Virus record (IMG/VR): IMGVR_UViG_3300044701_004307
Reading direction: 5' to 3' (one strand)
Source: an uncultured virus (IMG/VR IMGVR_UViG_3300044701_004307)
Taxonomy: Duplodnaviria > Heunggongvirae > Uroviricota > Caudoviricetes
Length of the DNA stretch: 64,000 bases
Within the stretch, counting starts at the first letter, position 1. Each line of letters starts with the position of its first letter. The notes under the pieces were generated by a model that had not been told where the DNA came from, did not search any database, and was given only the letters and a program-made list of their open reading frames with translations. Of this stretch, positions 46,222 to 55,763 are shown in pieces. The translations under genes were made by a program, and so were the position numbers.

Positions 46222-47576
46222 GTTAACCCCGCTCCAGATACAACGTATTCATTGGAAGCAACGCAGAGTATATTTGCTAGACCTCTTTGGGCCAAAGTAC
46301 GATTACCGGTACTAGCAGTGCCAGCGAATCGTAGCGTAACATTACTAGTAGTAATTGTTATATTTGCCGCTGAGTCATTATAAATAACGCACATATCTCC
46401 AACCGAAAAACCTGTGCTGGAGTTTATTGTGACGCCTGTTGTTGTGTCAATGTATTTACCAGCATCGGCAGCAACTATTGTGGTATTAAGGCTTTGAGGA
46501 ATACCAAGAAGAGCGGGGCCTGTAGCGCCGGTCGCCCCGGCACCAGTGGCTCCGGTTGCGCCGATAATGCCGGTCGCCCCGATGGGGCCTTCAACCCCAG
46601 TGGCCCCGCTGACACCAATAACGCCAGTGGCACCCGAGGCTCCCACGGCGCCAGTCGCCCCAGAAACACCAATAACGCCGGTGGCGCCCTGGTCGCCAGT
46701 CCGCACGAAATCGACGACAAGCGCATCGCTATTTGCGGGCAATGTCCCCGAAACGTAAGTAACTGTAATCTTGTAATAACCTGTGGCAGGCGTGACTGCC
46801 GTGACTTGAAAAATATTAGTAACTGTTGATGTGCTAAGAGCGCTTTGAATCGTTATGTATCCCTTGGAGACATTAGTGGAATCATCCCAAGTCGCAAACC
46901 AAGAAGTTTGATTTGTACTGCCTACGTCAACATCATCGATGAATATCTGTGTTACAGATCCAATCGTTCCACTGTTATACTGAAGAATACCGGTACCTGG
47001 ATCTGAATCCGCAACCGCAGTGCTGAAATTATAAGGAACTCCACCGCGAACCCCGGTGGCACCAGAAACGCCGATTACCCCCGTCGCACCACTAACGCCG
47101 ATAACTCCGGTGGCGCCCGACACGCCAACAGGGCCGGTGGCGCCTGATACGCCAATAACGCCTGTGGCGCCGACAGGGCCTTCAACTCCGGTGGCGCCAG
47201 AAATGCCAATGACGCCCGTGGCCCCAACGGGCCCGGCGGGTCCCGTGGCGCCCTGCGGACCATAGATTTTAGGGCCTAACTCAATCCACTGACTAGTGTT
47301 ACCATCGGCAACGTAAGTGTACAGAATGCCCGCGTCTTCGTCGAACCATTCGTCACCCTCGACAGGGCTTACCGGTGGGTCTATGCTGGAAGTGAATCCA
47401 GTCCCACTGCCACTGCCTCCGGCACCAATCTCAACGATAGATTCCGTCCCGTTATTCTTTTTAAGAAATAACTTTCCGTCAAAAGTATTTACAGCTAATT
47501 CGCCAAGCGCAATCTGTCCCGTTGTTGGAACCGCTGACGGAACAGCACTACGCCTAATTTTAATCGTATTTGCCAT
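46218..47576 (-). CDS. collagen-like tail fibre protein
   Basis: MANTIKIRR...GELA N-terminal domain, one EGDEWFD repeat, long G-X-Y runs, SGAGLT end. Confidence 0.85.
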   Translation of the reverse strand: MANTIKIRRSAVPSAVPTTGQIALGELAVNTFDGKLFLKKNNGTESIVEIGAGGSGSGTGFTSSIDPPVSPVEGDEWFDEDAGILYTYVADGNTSQWIELGPKIYGPQGATGPAGPVGATGVIGISGATGVEGPVGATGVIGVSGATGPVGVSGATGVIGVSGATGVIGVSGATGVRGGVPYNFSTAVADSDPGTGILQYNSGTIGSVTQIFIDDVDVGSTNQTSWFATWDDSTNVSKGYITIQSALSTSTVTNIFQVTAVTPATGYYKITVTYVSGTLPANSDALVVDFVRTGDQGATGVIGVSGATGAVGASGATGVIGVSGATGVEGPIGATGIIGATGATGAGATGATGPALLGIPQSLNTTIVAADAGKYIDTTTGVTINSSTGFSVGDMCVIYNDSAANITITTSNVTLRFAGTASTGNRTLAQRGLANILCVASNEYVVSGAGLT

Positions 47577-47638
47577 TTGGGCTCCCGTTGATTGCTATAA
47601 AGCAGGGTTAAACTCTGTATATACAGAGCGTATTGACG

Positions 47639-50377
47639 TCAGAAGCTTCCGCCGTCAATGTCGAAACCTGACGTGGTTCCGTCCTCTAAGAAGGTTACCA
47701 AATCACTTAGCGCAACTTGCACCATTGTGCCGGCATCATTGATGACCATCCGATCAGCTAGGGCCAAAGTGGTGGCAGTCGCGGTGGTCGAGCCATCAAT
47801 AACTGCAGCTTCAGTTGACGTCAGAGCCGCGAGTGAGGTTGCCGTGCCGCTTGCCATCCCGGCAAGGGTTGCCAGTTCCGCATCGTAGCCCTGGACGTCC
47901 GTGCCGATCACCAGGCCGAGGCTGGTACGCGCACCGGCGGCGGAGGTGGCGTTAGTACCCCCGTTGGCCAGGCCCAGAGTGCCAGCCAGGGTAACTGCCC
48001 CAGTCGTACCGGTACTAGGGGTCAGGCCTGTCGTACCAGCCGAGAATGACGTGACGCCAGCATTGGCGTTGGTGAGGTTGTAGCTGCTATACCACTGTGT
48101 CGTGCTGGAAGCATTGAATTCCATCACGCCGCTGACGGCTAGCTGGATGCTTGCGTTCGTAGAAAGAGCATCAATGGCTGCCCCAGTGGCGGGGAAGATA
48201 TTGATAGGATTAGCGCCTTTGTTGACAACAACGATGCGACGACCTTGTGTCGCCGTCGGCAATGTAACACCAGAAGGGTTAGCCGCTGCCGTCGTAATGA
48301 TGTTATAGTCGCTCGTCAGAGCACCCTGGCCCTGAACATTGGTGCCAGCAGTAACGTTATTGCTCGTGCTGAACGTTTCTCCACTAAGTGCTGGACGAGT
48401 CAGCGATGGATCAGTGCTGAATACCACCACTCCAGTACCGGTCTCGTCGCTGATGACGCCGGCAAGCTGGGAGGAGGATGTAGCGGCAAACTGCGCAAGA
48501 GTGCCGTCGGTATAAGCGACCGTACCACCGGCACCAAAAGCAACGGAAGACGAATCCGTGCCAGTGAAGGTCAGCGTATTCGACGCCGTAAGCGTCTTTC
48601 CATCAGCGATAGTCAGCGTAGAACCAGTCGCTGGAGCTGTAATGGTGACCTTGTTGACAGAGGTTGCGCTAGCCGCCCCCAAGGTCGGAGTGACAAGTGT
48701 CGGCGAGGTCGCGAACACCAAAGAGCCGGAGCCCGTTTCGTCAGTAATCGCTGCCGCCAGGTTTGCGCTTGTGTCACTGATGTCATAACCCGCGAAAGTC
48801 GTGGGCGTGGTACCGGCCGTGATTCGCCCGTATGTGTCAACGGTGACACTGCGGTAGGTACCTGGCGTGCCGATAATGCCGCTCGTCAGGTTGATCGAAT
48901 CAGCGCTAATCGTCAGCGAGCCGCCGCCAGTTGAGGCGACATCCAGCGTATTGCCACTCTTCGTGAGGCCCGCGCCGGCCGTAATCTGCCCAGCACCAGA
49001 GAACTGAGTAAACGAAAGAGCATCGCCAGTAAACGCCGTATAGCCAGCGCCCGACTTACCCATCCTGATAGGAGGAGGAGCAGTTTGAATGAATCCGTTG
49101 CTACCGTTAGTGGTACCACCAGAAACAAATACATAGTCACCGGAGGTGATCTCACCAGTTGGGCCATTGTCGAAGTCAGTTGTCCTTGTCCAGACGCCGT
49201 TTGCGCCAGAGCCGACAGTGGTGACGTTGTATACGCCGTTGTAAGCAGCGGTCGTGTGATCCTTGACGAGGATGCGCTGGCCAACGGTTAGAGTAGCGCC
49301 AGAATCAACACTATTGGGGCATCCGCTTAGTGTTGCGCCAACTCCAGGGTCGCCAGTAACGCCAATACTCAGGCCAGTACCATTGGTTAGGGTGGCGTTG
49401 GCGCCGCCGAAGGCAGCGGATAGTTTGACTTGATTAAGCGCTGGAACAGTAGTTACATAGTAGGTAGTATTGGCAGTCAGTCCAGTTCCAGTTACGGTAT
49501 CACCAGTGCGGACCTGAGAGTTGATATTTAGCCCGTGATTAGCACCAAACGTAATTGTGTCAGTGCCCGTAATTGTGGTAATCGTTAAAAGAGTACCGCC
49601 GGACGCATATGCATATGAAACGGCAGCATTGGTCGCGAAATCTGCGGCGCCGTGAACATTCAGACTCTGGGCAATCGAGTCGGCGTACTGCTTGTTGACG
49701 CCGTCGGTCGGGAGTTGCGGTGCGGCAACGTCAAGAAGTCGTTGACTATTGAGGCTGACAGGAGCCGTAGGCGCCGCCATCTGATCCAGACGGCTGGTGC
49801 GAACCTGCGTGTCGAAGTCAGAGATTTTTGCCGCAGTCAGCGAAGGAATGTCATTTGCAACTAACGTACGAAATGTTGGACTGCCAGTCGTCCCGTCAGG
49901 AGCACCAAAAATAGTGTTAGCAGTCTGCGACGCCAGAGTGCCAGTAAGAGTACCGCTGCCAGTGACAGGCGAGTTGCTTACGGTAAAAATACTGGGCAGG
50001 CTGAGGCCAACGCTGGTGACGCTACCAACGCCATAGCCAAGAGATTTTACAAATGCAGTAGTCGCCAGACGCGTCGAGTTGTCACCGGTTGCCTGCGTGA
50101 CACCGACGGCACTATTGGCGCCTGTCCCGGTAAGGCTTACGACTCCACTTAATGTTTTATCACCGGTGATCGTCTGGGTTGTATTAAGCGTCGTAAAAGA
50201 GCCAGGCCCTGCGATCGAAAGAATGGAGCTAGCTGATCCGCCTGCTCCGCCGGTGCCAACACCATAATATAGAGTAGAGTCTTGCTCGTTAAACGCTAAT
50301 TCCGCATTCGCAAGCGAAGAAGGCGCACCGGCAGCACCACCAGCAAGACGCCTTTTGATGCGTACGGTATTGGCCAT
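47639..50377 (-). CDS. long tail fibre protein
   Basis: 912 aa, Thr/Gly/Ser-rich; MANTVRIKRR...AELA N-terminus; ends IDGGSF. Confidence 0.85.
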   Translation of the reverse strand: MANTVRIKRRLAGGAAGAPSSLANAELAFNEQDSTLYYGVGTGGAGGSASSILSIAGPGSFTTLNTTQTITGDKTLSGVVSLTGTGANSAVGVTQATGDNSTRLATTAFVKSLGYGVGSVTSVGLSLPSIFTVSNSPVTGSGTLTGTLASQTANTIFGAPDGTTGSPTFRTLVANDIPSLTAAKISDFDTQVRTSRLDQMAAPTAPVSLNSQRLLDVAAPQLPTDGVNKQYADSIAQSLNVHGAADFATNAAVSYAYASGGTLLTITTITGTDTITFGANHGLNINSQVRTGDTVTGTGLTANTTYYVTTVPALNQVKLSAAFGGANATLTNGTGLSIGVTGDPGVGATLSGCPNSVDSGATLTVGQRILVKDHTTAAYNGVYNVTTVGSGANGVWTRTTDFDNGPTGEITSGDYVFVSGGTTNGSNGFIQTAPPPIRMGKSGAGYTAFTGDALSFTQFSGAGQITAGAGLTKSGNTLDVASTGGGSLTISADSINLTSGIIGTPGTYRSVTVDTYGRITAGTTPTTFAGYDISDTSANLAAAITDETGSGSLVFATSPTLVTPTLGAASATSVNKVTITAPATGSTLTIADGKTLTASNTLTFTGTDSSSVAFGAGGTVAYTDGTLAQFAATSSSQLAGVISDETGTGVVVFSTDPSLTRPALSGETFSTSNNVTAGTNVQGQGALTSDYNIITTAAANPSGVTLPTATQGRRIVVVNKGANPINIFPATGAAIDALSTNASIQLAVSGVMEFNASSTTQWYSSYNLTNANAGVTSFSAGTTGLTPSTGTTGAVTLAGTLGLANGGTNATSAAGARTSLGLVIGTDVQGYDAELATLAGMASGTATSLAALTSTEAAVIDGSTTATATTLALADRMVINDAGTMVQVALSDLVTFLEDGTTSGFDIDGGSF

Positions 50378-50419
50378 TTAGGGGGAGATCGCTTATCTAT
50401 TTTTCCTAATTAATAAAAC

Positions 50420-50905
50420 CTAAAAATTACCGCCATCCGTAAGTGTTATAATCGTATTCTGATCATTCGCAGTAAACTTTCCAGTAGACTCGTTCCATAC
50501 CAGAACACTTTTGTCAACTTTTAAGCCAACATTTACATCAGTGAGGTCAGATAGAGCCGTTGCGCCGGTCGGTCCCATCGGTCCGACGGCCCCGGTGGCG
50601 CCAGTAATCCCCACTCCAGTGGCCCCCTGCTCCCCGGTGGCCCCGGTTGGCCCCATGGGCCCGATGACGCCAGTTGCGCCAGTGATTCCTACCCCCGTGG
50701 CGCCCTGCCCCCCGGTAACCCCAGTTGCCCCCTGGACGCCAGTCGGCCCCTGGATCCCGATGGGCCCCTGCGGGCCAACTACCGCCGCATCTACTATTTC
50801 AACGACTGGTTCGAGCTCGACATTAACAACTACAACGTCTCCCTCTTCGACGCTTACGGTTGCTATGCTATCCGTTATTTGAATAACAGGTTCAGGCATC
50901 GGCAT
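50420..50905 (-). CDS. collagen-like fibre connector
   Basis: GPQGP/GATG triplet run, LSDLTDV repeat, ends LTDGGNF. Confidence 0.8.
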   Translation of the reverse strand: MPMPEPVIQITDSIATVSVEEGDVVVVNVELEPVVEIVDAAVVGPQGPIGIQGPTGVQGATGVTGGQGATGVGITGATGVIGPMGPTGATGEQGATGVGITGATGAVGPMGPTGATALSDLTDVNVGLKVDKSVLVWNESTGKFTANDQNTIITLTDGGNF

Positions 50906-51224
50906 CCTCTGGAGCAGTCAGTCCAGGATCAATTGTAACAAGTCCCTCCAGCCAGTAGTCCCTCGTTTGGTCCGCATACACAACCATTAAGTCCCAAGAC
51001 GCAGGCTTTTTCAACGGAGTTGTTTCTTCCCAATCTAAAATCATTTCAAGCTCGCCATCTACTTCGTTGATTACATTGATTTCAAAATCAATAATTTTAT
51101 TTCGACGCTTAGAGTCCCAGATCTGCGCAAATACTTGATGACCGCTTAGGTCGATTGGTAGCGTAATTTGACGCTTGAATGTCGCCCGTTGATATATCGT
51201 AATATCGTACCGTCCGGGCGTCAT
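50892..51224 (-). CDS. putative fibre-attachment/adaptor protein
   Basis: YDITI.Q.ATF...DLSG....AQI...WDL......LEG pattern, seen at the head of fibre clusters. Confidence 0.65.
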   Translation of the reverse strand: MTPGRYDITIYQRATFKRQITLPIDLSGHQVFAQIWDSKRRNKIIDFEINVINEVDGELEMILDWEETTPLKKPASWDLMVVYADQTRDYWLEGLVTIDPGLTAPEDADA

Positions 51225-51284
51225 CGGGAAAGCCCCGCAGTATTTCTATTGTCAGGATTCCGAAAATGACCTCATCCTTGCAGG

Positions 51285-52907
51285 CTACGCAAACAGAGAG
51301 AAGGGAAGAGACGAATATTGCCTCAAGTCTTGAATTTGAACCACGGTAGCGTTCACTGCGTTCGTGTAGTTGGCAGTACGGTACGTTATCTTATAAAGAA
51401 AGCGAAATTCCTTTGAGGGGAAATCCGTTAGGTGAAGTGCCGAGAATGTTTCGTTTCTTGCATCGGTTTGATTCGAGTACTGCACCTGACCCATAAGGGA
51501 AAGGATTGAAGACTTCAAGTTGTTAGTCGCAATGATATAATAGTTTATATATTTATTCGTGTCGACTTCAGCCAAGGACCAAACCCCTAAAGTATCCAGG
51601 TTATAATATGGGTGAACAGTGCCTGGCTTCAAGGGAAAATTAGTCGCTTGATCTATCTTCCATGTATTGCCCAGCTTGTACAGTACCGGAATCCTGGCCG
51701 GTCCCTGAAGATCTTGTTGGAAGTTTTCAAATTCTGGCGTAGAAGAATGAGTGACTGTAATCTTTAAGTCTTCGTCGAAAAAGGTGCCATTTCCAAGATC
51801 GAATTGTGCATGGGCGTCCAAGGTGCCGTTGCCATTGATGATATAGTTGGCAATATCAAATCCATTTGCGATAGCAGCACCGCGAGTGCGATGCAGGTAT
51901 TCGTGCGTCTGCCAGTCGAGCACTATACCATGTCGTTCTTCTGCAAAGTAAGGGCAGATCTGGCTTTCTGCATCCCAGTAGACATAGGCGGTCGGGGCTT
52001 CCGTGTTCCAATAAAAATAATCTTCTTGAACACCCAGGACTCCTTTGTCACCAAAATAAATGAAATAAAGCCCGGTCTCGTCTGGGATCTGAACACTTAA
52101 TGGCTTTCGTATCATGTAACGCTTTCCCTGGACCCAAACGCGAAAGCTGGTGCCAACGGGCGTGATCGTGAAAGTTCTAGTAGCGTTATCGAAATTGATT
52201 GTACTTTCATTACGATCCGTGTGCCCCATTGGCTCCCCACGTTCTGTTAGTCCAACGAGCGTATCAACTTCGCCGCGAGTTACGCCACGAGGACGTGGAT
52301 AATGTTCGCTCGCAAAAGTGGGAATCCAGTTGGTGCCATCAAAGGTCAGGACTTGATCCTTTTTGACGTCATCAACGGCGACGTCACGAAGATCACCAAG
52401 ATGAACGTCTGTTGCGACTAGGTCCTTGCCATCGCGTCCGTCCTTACCATTGACTCCATCCTTGCCGGCCTTCCCGGACTGAACCAGCAACATGCGATCC
52501 TGTATGGACTCTTCGAGCTCCAGGAACCGCGCCTGCAATTCATCGATATATACTTGAACTGATTCCCGCCGTTGAAGTGATAGTTCTGGCCGAGTTTCGG
52601 TCCTGGCAGTCCTGATCTCAGTGATTGCACCATGCACAATCGTGCCTGAATCAAGGATATTGAAAGACGGAAACAAGCGCCTTAGCTGGGCGAGAACAAT
52701 ATCAAGCGGTTCGTCGTCGAAATCAACAATCCACAGATGCCACAGTGCCTCGAAGTCCTCTACTTCTGCAAACTGTGAAACGTAAATGACAATACCATCT
52801 TGCAACTCCAGCGAAGGACGACCCTCTGCAATGCGAACCCTTGCGGACGCGCCAATGATTGCGTCGCTGACAAGCGTGCGATATATATCAGCGGACGAAA
52901 AAATCAT
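51285..52907 (-). CDS. putative virion structural protein
   Basis: 540 aa downstream of the capsid gene; short G-X-Y run and L.DL.DV repeat. Confidence 0.65.
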   Translation of the reverse strand: MIFSSADIYRTLVSDAIIGASARVRIAEGRPSLELQDGIVIYVSQFAEVEDFEALWHLWIVDFDDEPLDIVLAQLRRLFPSFNILDSGTIVHGAITEIRTARTETRPELSLQRRESVQVYIDELQARFLELEESIQDRMLLVQSGKAGKDGVNGKDGRDGKDLVATDVHLGDLRDVAVDDVKKDQVLTFDGTNWIPTFASEHYPRPRGVTRGEVDTLVGLTERGEPMGHTDRNESTINFDNATRTFTITPVGTSFRVWVQGKRYMIRKPLSVQIPDETGLYFIYFGDKGVLGVQEDYFYWNTEAPTAYVYWDAESQICPYFAEERHGIVLDWQTHEYLHRTRGAAIANGFDIANYIINGNGTLDAHAQFDLGNGTFFDEDLKITVTHSSTPEFENFQQDLQGPARIPVLYKLGNTWKIDQATNFPLKPGTVHPYYNLDTLGVWSLAEVDTNKYINYYIIATNNLKSSILSLMGQVQYSNQTDARNETFSALHLTDFPSKEFRFLYKITYRTANYTNAVNATVVQIQDLRQYSSLPFSLFA

Positions 52908-52954
52908 TAGCTCAGTTCGATCCGCTAGTTTTCCTGCTTATTATAGCAAGGCAT

Positions 52955-52978
52955 AAAAAACCCCGCACTAGGCGGGGT
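52955..52978 (-). terminator. rho-independent terminator after major capsid gene
   Basis: accccgc/gcggggt stem plus U6. Confidence 0.8.
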
Positions 52979-53001
52979 CGGATAATTTCGTACTAACGAA
53001 A

Positions 53002-53913
53002 TCAGGCAGGGGTGTCGGTAGCGTCGACGTTGGTGAGGCGAGCAGCGGCGCGGCCGTTGATCAGGGCCAGGCCACAGAACCACTCAACGCGAGTCACCAG
53101 GACGGGGGAATCGGTTGCTTCGCCGAGGTCACGCACCTGCGGGCCACCATTCTGGATGCCGGTCAGGTGATCATTGCCGAAGGACACCACGTAGATCGAC
53201 TGATCGGTGGGGTCGCTATCGAGAACAGCAACGTTTTTGTGGTCGCGGTCCACCTCGAGCACGGGGAGGCCACTGTACACAAGCTGCTGACCGCCGAACT
53301 CAGAGCGAGAGATGTCGATCTGGCCGGAAGCGCGAGCAACGGCGCTCAGGTGACGACGAGCCGACTTCGACATCAGCAGGTACTTCTGACCACCTTGGGC
53401 ATCAACAGCATCGATGGCTTCGTCAAGCTTGTTCAGGTCCAGGCCTGCAGCAGCGCCAGCGTTTTCGATGATCTGAGAATGGGATCCAGCCTCGGCGGCG
53501 GGCAGACGAACGCTCAGGCCATCGAACTCAGCAGCGTTGCTGTTCGAGTCACCGTTGAAGAAGAGCGCTTCGAAGGCCAGACGCATTGCACGAGTCTTGG
53601 CCTGGATTTGATAGGCGCGAGCCTGGGGGCCCTCGAGCTCCACAATAGCCCGGTCAACTTTCACGTCACCACCGAAAAGCTTCAGAGCTTCGCTGTACTG
53701 ACGGACTTCAGCATAGCTCTCGGAGTAACTATCGTTGAAGGAGCGGAAACCAATGTCGCCAAGCTCCTCTTCACGCTTGTAGAACAGGCCAGAGCCCTGA
53801 ACTTCGCGGAAGGGAATGGTGCTAGTAAGGGGGCCAGCAGCAAGCTCAGTGATAATCGCCAGTTCCTGGGGATTACGACTATGCTTTTTGGCCTCAGCCA
53901 GAGTAAGTGCCAT
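53002..53913 (-). CDS. major capsid protein
   Basis: MALTLAEAKK start, GGD..VD, F.GD......FDGL..RL, L..LDE.ID.V, TRVEW..GLA.....AARL; strongly biased codons; follows scaffold; strong terminator. Confidence 0.88.
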   Translation of the reverse strand: MALTLAEAKKHSRNPQELAIITELAAGPLTSTIPFREVQGSGLFYKREEELGDIGFRSFNDSYSESYAEVRQYSEALKLFGGDVKVDRAIVELEGPQARAYQIQAKTRAMRLAFEALFFNGDSNSNAAEFDGLSVRLPAAEAGSHSQIIENAGAAAGLDLNKLDEAIDAVDAQGGQKYLLMSKSARRHLSAVARASGQIDISRSEFGGQQLVYSGLPVLEVDRDHKNVAVLDSDPTDQSIYVVSFGNDHLTGIQNGGPQVRDLGEATDSPVLVTRVEWFCGLALINGRAAARLTNVDATDTPA

Positions 53914-54036
53914 GAAAATTACCTTTGATAAAACAGGCAAAGATGGGTGATTTGCAGATCCCGCGTCTCGCGGCTAACCGGCTCGACACCCTCTTACCCT
54001 GTCGTCTCGACTGAGGTATTCAGGTATCTTCAACCT

Positions 54037-54046
54037 TTAGGTTACC
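54037..54046 (-). promoter_or_regulatory. putative phage late-promoter element GGTAACCTAA (representative of about 20 copies)
   Basis: The same GG-N-A-N-N-C-T motif lies upstream of portal, scaffold, fibre, lysin and other genes. Confidence 0.7.
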
Positions 54047-54084
54047 GAGTAGTAGCCGCTTCTAGACTGAACGAGTAAATTTAT

Positions 54085-54110
54085 AAAAAAAAGAGGGGAT
54101 AAACCCCTCC
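54085..54110 (-). terminator. rho-independent terminator after scaffold gene
   Basis: gagggg/cccctc stem with an 8-U tract. Confidence 0.7.
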
Positions 54111-54130
54111 CTTCTTTTTGTCACAAAAGT

Positions 54131-54865
54131 TTATCCGAATGCGACTTCGAACAGGTCATTCGGGGAGAGCTCTGACAGGTCTTGCGACGTCAGGCCGCTA
54201 GCGTCAGTTCCGCCAAGTCCAAGCCCGGATCCAGAGCCTTTTGCGCTCCTAAAGAATGTTCCATAGATGGCATGGCTTTTAAAGCCACTCAGGTATTCTT
54301 CAGGCGCAATGCGCTTGCCGGTATCCGCATCCAGGATCGGATCACCGTTGCTATCGACGACGGTCACCGTGCCATTGGGCTCCAGGCGGAAATTCGACCC
54401 CAAACGATCAGCTAGCATGTCAAAGAACGACACGCCATCTGCCGCATCAGTACGCCCACCCGCAGCAAAGAAGACCTTCTCCAGGGCATAACGCTTGCGG
54501 AACTCTTGCAGTTGGACCTGATAGACTTCGGCTTTCTTGTTGGCTTCAGCGGCCTGAGCACCATACTTCTCCTCGAGCAGGGAGGTGCGCTCCTCGGCGG
54601 CCAGGCGTTCGCGTTCAGCGATGGCAGCTTCTTCTTGAAGGCGACGATATTCTTGCGGGTTGATCTCAGCAAACTTCTCAAGCTGAGCAGCCTTGTCGCG
54701 AAGCTCCTTTTCGTACTGCTTGCGGGACTCGCGCTCGGCCTTGAGGGCCTTGAGCAGGTTATCGACCTCTGACTTGGGGATCAGATCGGAATTCAACGCC
54801 TCCTGTTCAAGCTGTTGAGCGTCAGCGGCGACTGTCTCAGTCACCTGATTTTGTTCTTCTGGCAT
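54131..54865 (-). CDS. capsid scaffolding protein
   Basis: Acidic coiled coil (ALKAERE.RK), F....GSG.G near the C-terminus; upstream of the capsid gene. Confidence 0.8.
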   Translation of the reverse strand: MPEEQNQVTETVAADAQQLEQEALNSDLIPKSEVDNLLKALKAERESRKQYEKELRDKAAQLEKFAEINPQEYRRLQEEAAIAERERLAAEERTSLLEEKYGAQAAEANKKAEVYQVQLQEFRKRYALEKVFFAAGGRTDAADGVSFFDMLADRLGSNFRLEPNGTVTVVDSNGDPILDADTGKRIAPEEYLSGFKSHAIYGTFFRSAKGSGSGLGLGGTDASGLTSQDLSELSPNDLFEVAFG

Positions 54866-54928
54866 GGTAAGCCTGGGGCGTCACGCCCCTGAATGTGCGT
54901 GGTAGTATGCCAATCAAAAGAGGTGTGG

Positions 54929-55051
54929 CTAGCGCAACCCTAGCAAACGCTTGATTGCGTCATTCGACGCCTTCCTTTGAGTTTCGCGCTCCAGTTGCGC
55001 CGCTCGATTCGCCGCCTGGACTGTTTTCGCTGTTTCAATTAGTGGGTCCAT
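54929..55051 (-). CDS. small protein (40 aa), paralogous N-terminus with 55764..56015
   Basis: MDPLIETAKTVQAANRAAQLERE...; not in the ORF track. Confidence 0.5.
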   Translation of the reverse strand: MDPLIETAKTVQAANRAAQLERETQRKASNDAIKRLLGLR

Positions 55052-55074
55052 TTTAATTAGAATGAAGGTCAGGC

Positions 55075-55761
55075 CTACTGAATCTGGGGCCAGGTAACCG
55101 AAGTCGTATAGTCCTCGCCATCATCCGGGGAATAGGGAACTTGATCGACGTAGGCTCGATCACCTTTTGTAAATCCACAATAAATATATCCAAAGTTTCC
55201 GCTCTGGTTATTTTTAGTGTTATCCAGGAATACCGTCGATGTCTGCCCCGGGTACGCCCCGGCCGGCCTAGGGACTACCGTGTTCAAGACGTAAGAATCT
55301 TCCGGTATTAAATATGACAATGCAGCTTTTGCTACGTCCTCATCAACCCTGCCAAAAGATGCAAAATGAGAATTTATTGCGTCTGTCGAAAAGTCAATAC
55401 TGTAAATGAATTGGCCACCAATATAAAGGTCGAAGTTGTCGTCAACAACAATATTTGTGTTGGCCACTATAATAAATCCGCCAATAGAGGAGAGCACTAC
55501 CCCTTTCTCATCCTCGGGAGCGACGGTACCCTGATACCTCAAATCATCTCTGAGAATTTTTTGCCGTTGTTCCGTCGGTAAAGCATTCCATTCTTCCCTT
55601 GTTAATACTCTGACCTGACCAGTCCTGGGATCGGTCAGGATTACTTTATCATCAACAAAAGTTACACTATAACCACCCGATCCGTTGCTTGATCCATATC
55701 CCAAAATTTGATTTGTTTGCCAAAAAAGAGTGGCTTCTTTCGAGTATGGACGCTTGATCAT
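55075..55761 (-). CDS. hypothetical virion protein
   Basis: 228-aa ORF in the structural operon. Confidence 0.6.
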   Translation of the reverse strand: MIKRPYSKEATLFWQTNQILGYGSSNGSGGYSVTFVDDKVILTDPRTGQVRVLTREEWNALPTEQRQKILRDDLRYQGTVAPEDEKGVVLSSIGGFIIVANTNIVVDDNFDLYIGGQFIYSIDFSTDAINSHFASFGRVDEDVAKAALSYLIPEDSYVLNTVVPRPAGAYPGQTSTVFLDNTKNNQSGNFGYIYCGFTKGDRAYVDQVPYSPDDGEDYTTSVTWPQIQ

Positions 55762-55763
55762 TG

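Noticed and set aside
46500..47265. Tandem nucleotide repeats that might be a CRISPR array or a DGR template/variable pair
   Set aside because: They are in-frame G-X-Y coding repeats with synonymous variation. There is no repeat-spacer pattern, no adenine-specific variation, and no cas or reverse transcriptase gene was seen.
41758..50882. Long Pro-rich plus-strand ORFs (e.g. 41758..42450, 47056..47265, 50511..50882)
   Set aside because: They are antisense shadows of Gly-rich and collagen-like minus-strand genes, with no independent start signals.
53167..53928. 253-aa plus-strand ORF opposite the capsid gene
   Set aside because: It is an antisense open frame expected from the strong codon bias of the capsid gene and has no recognisable motifs.
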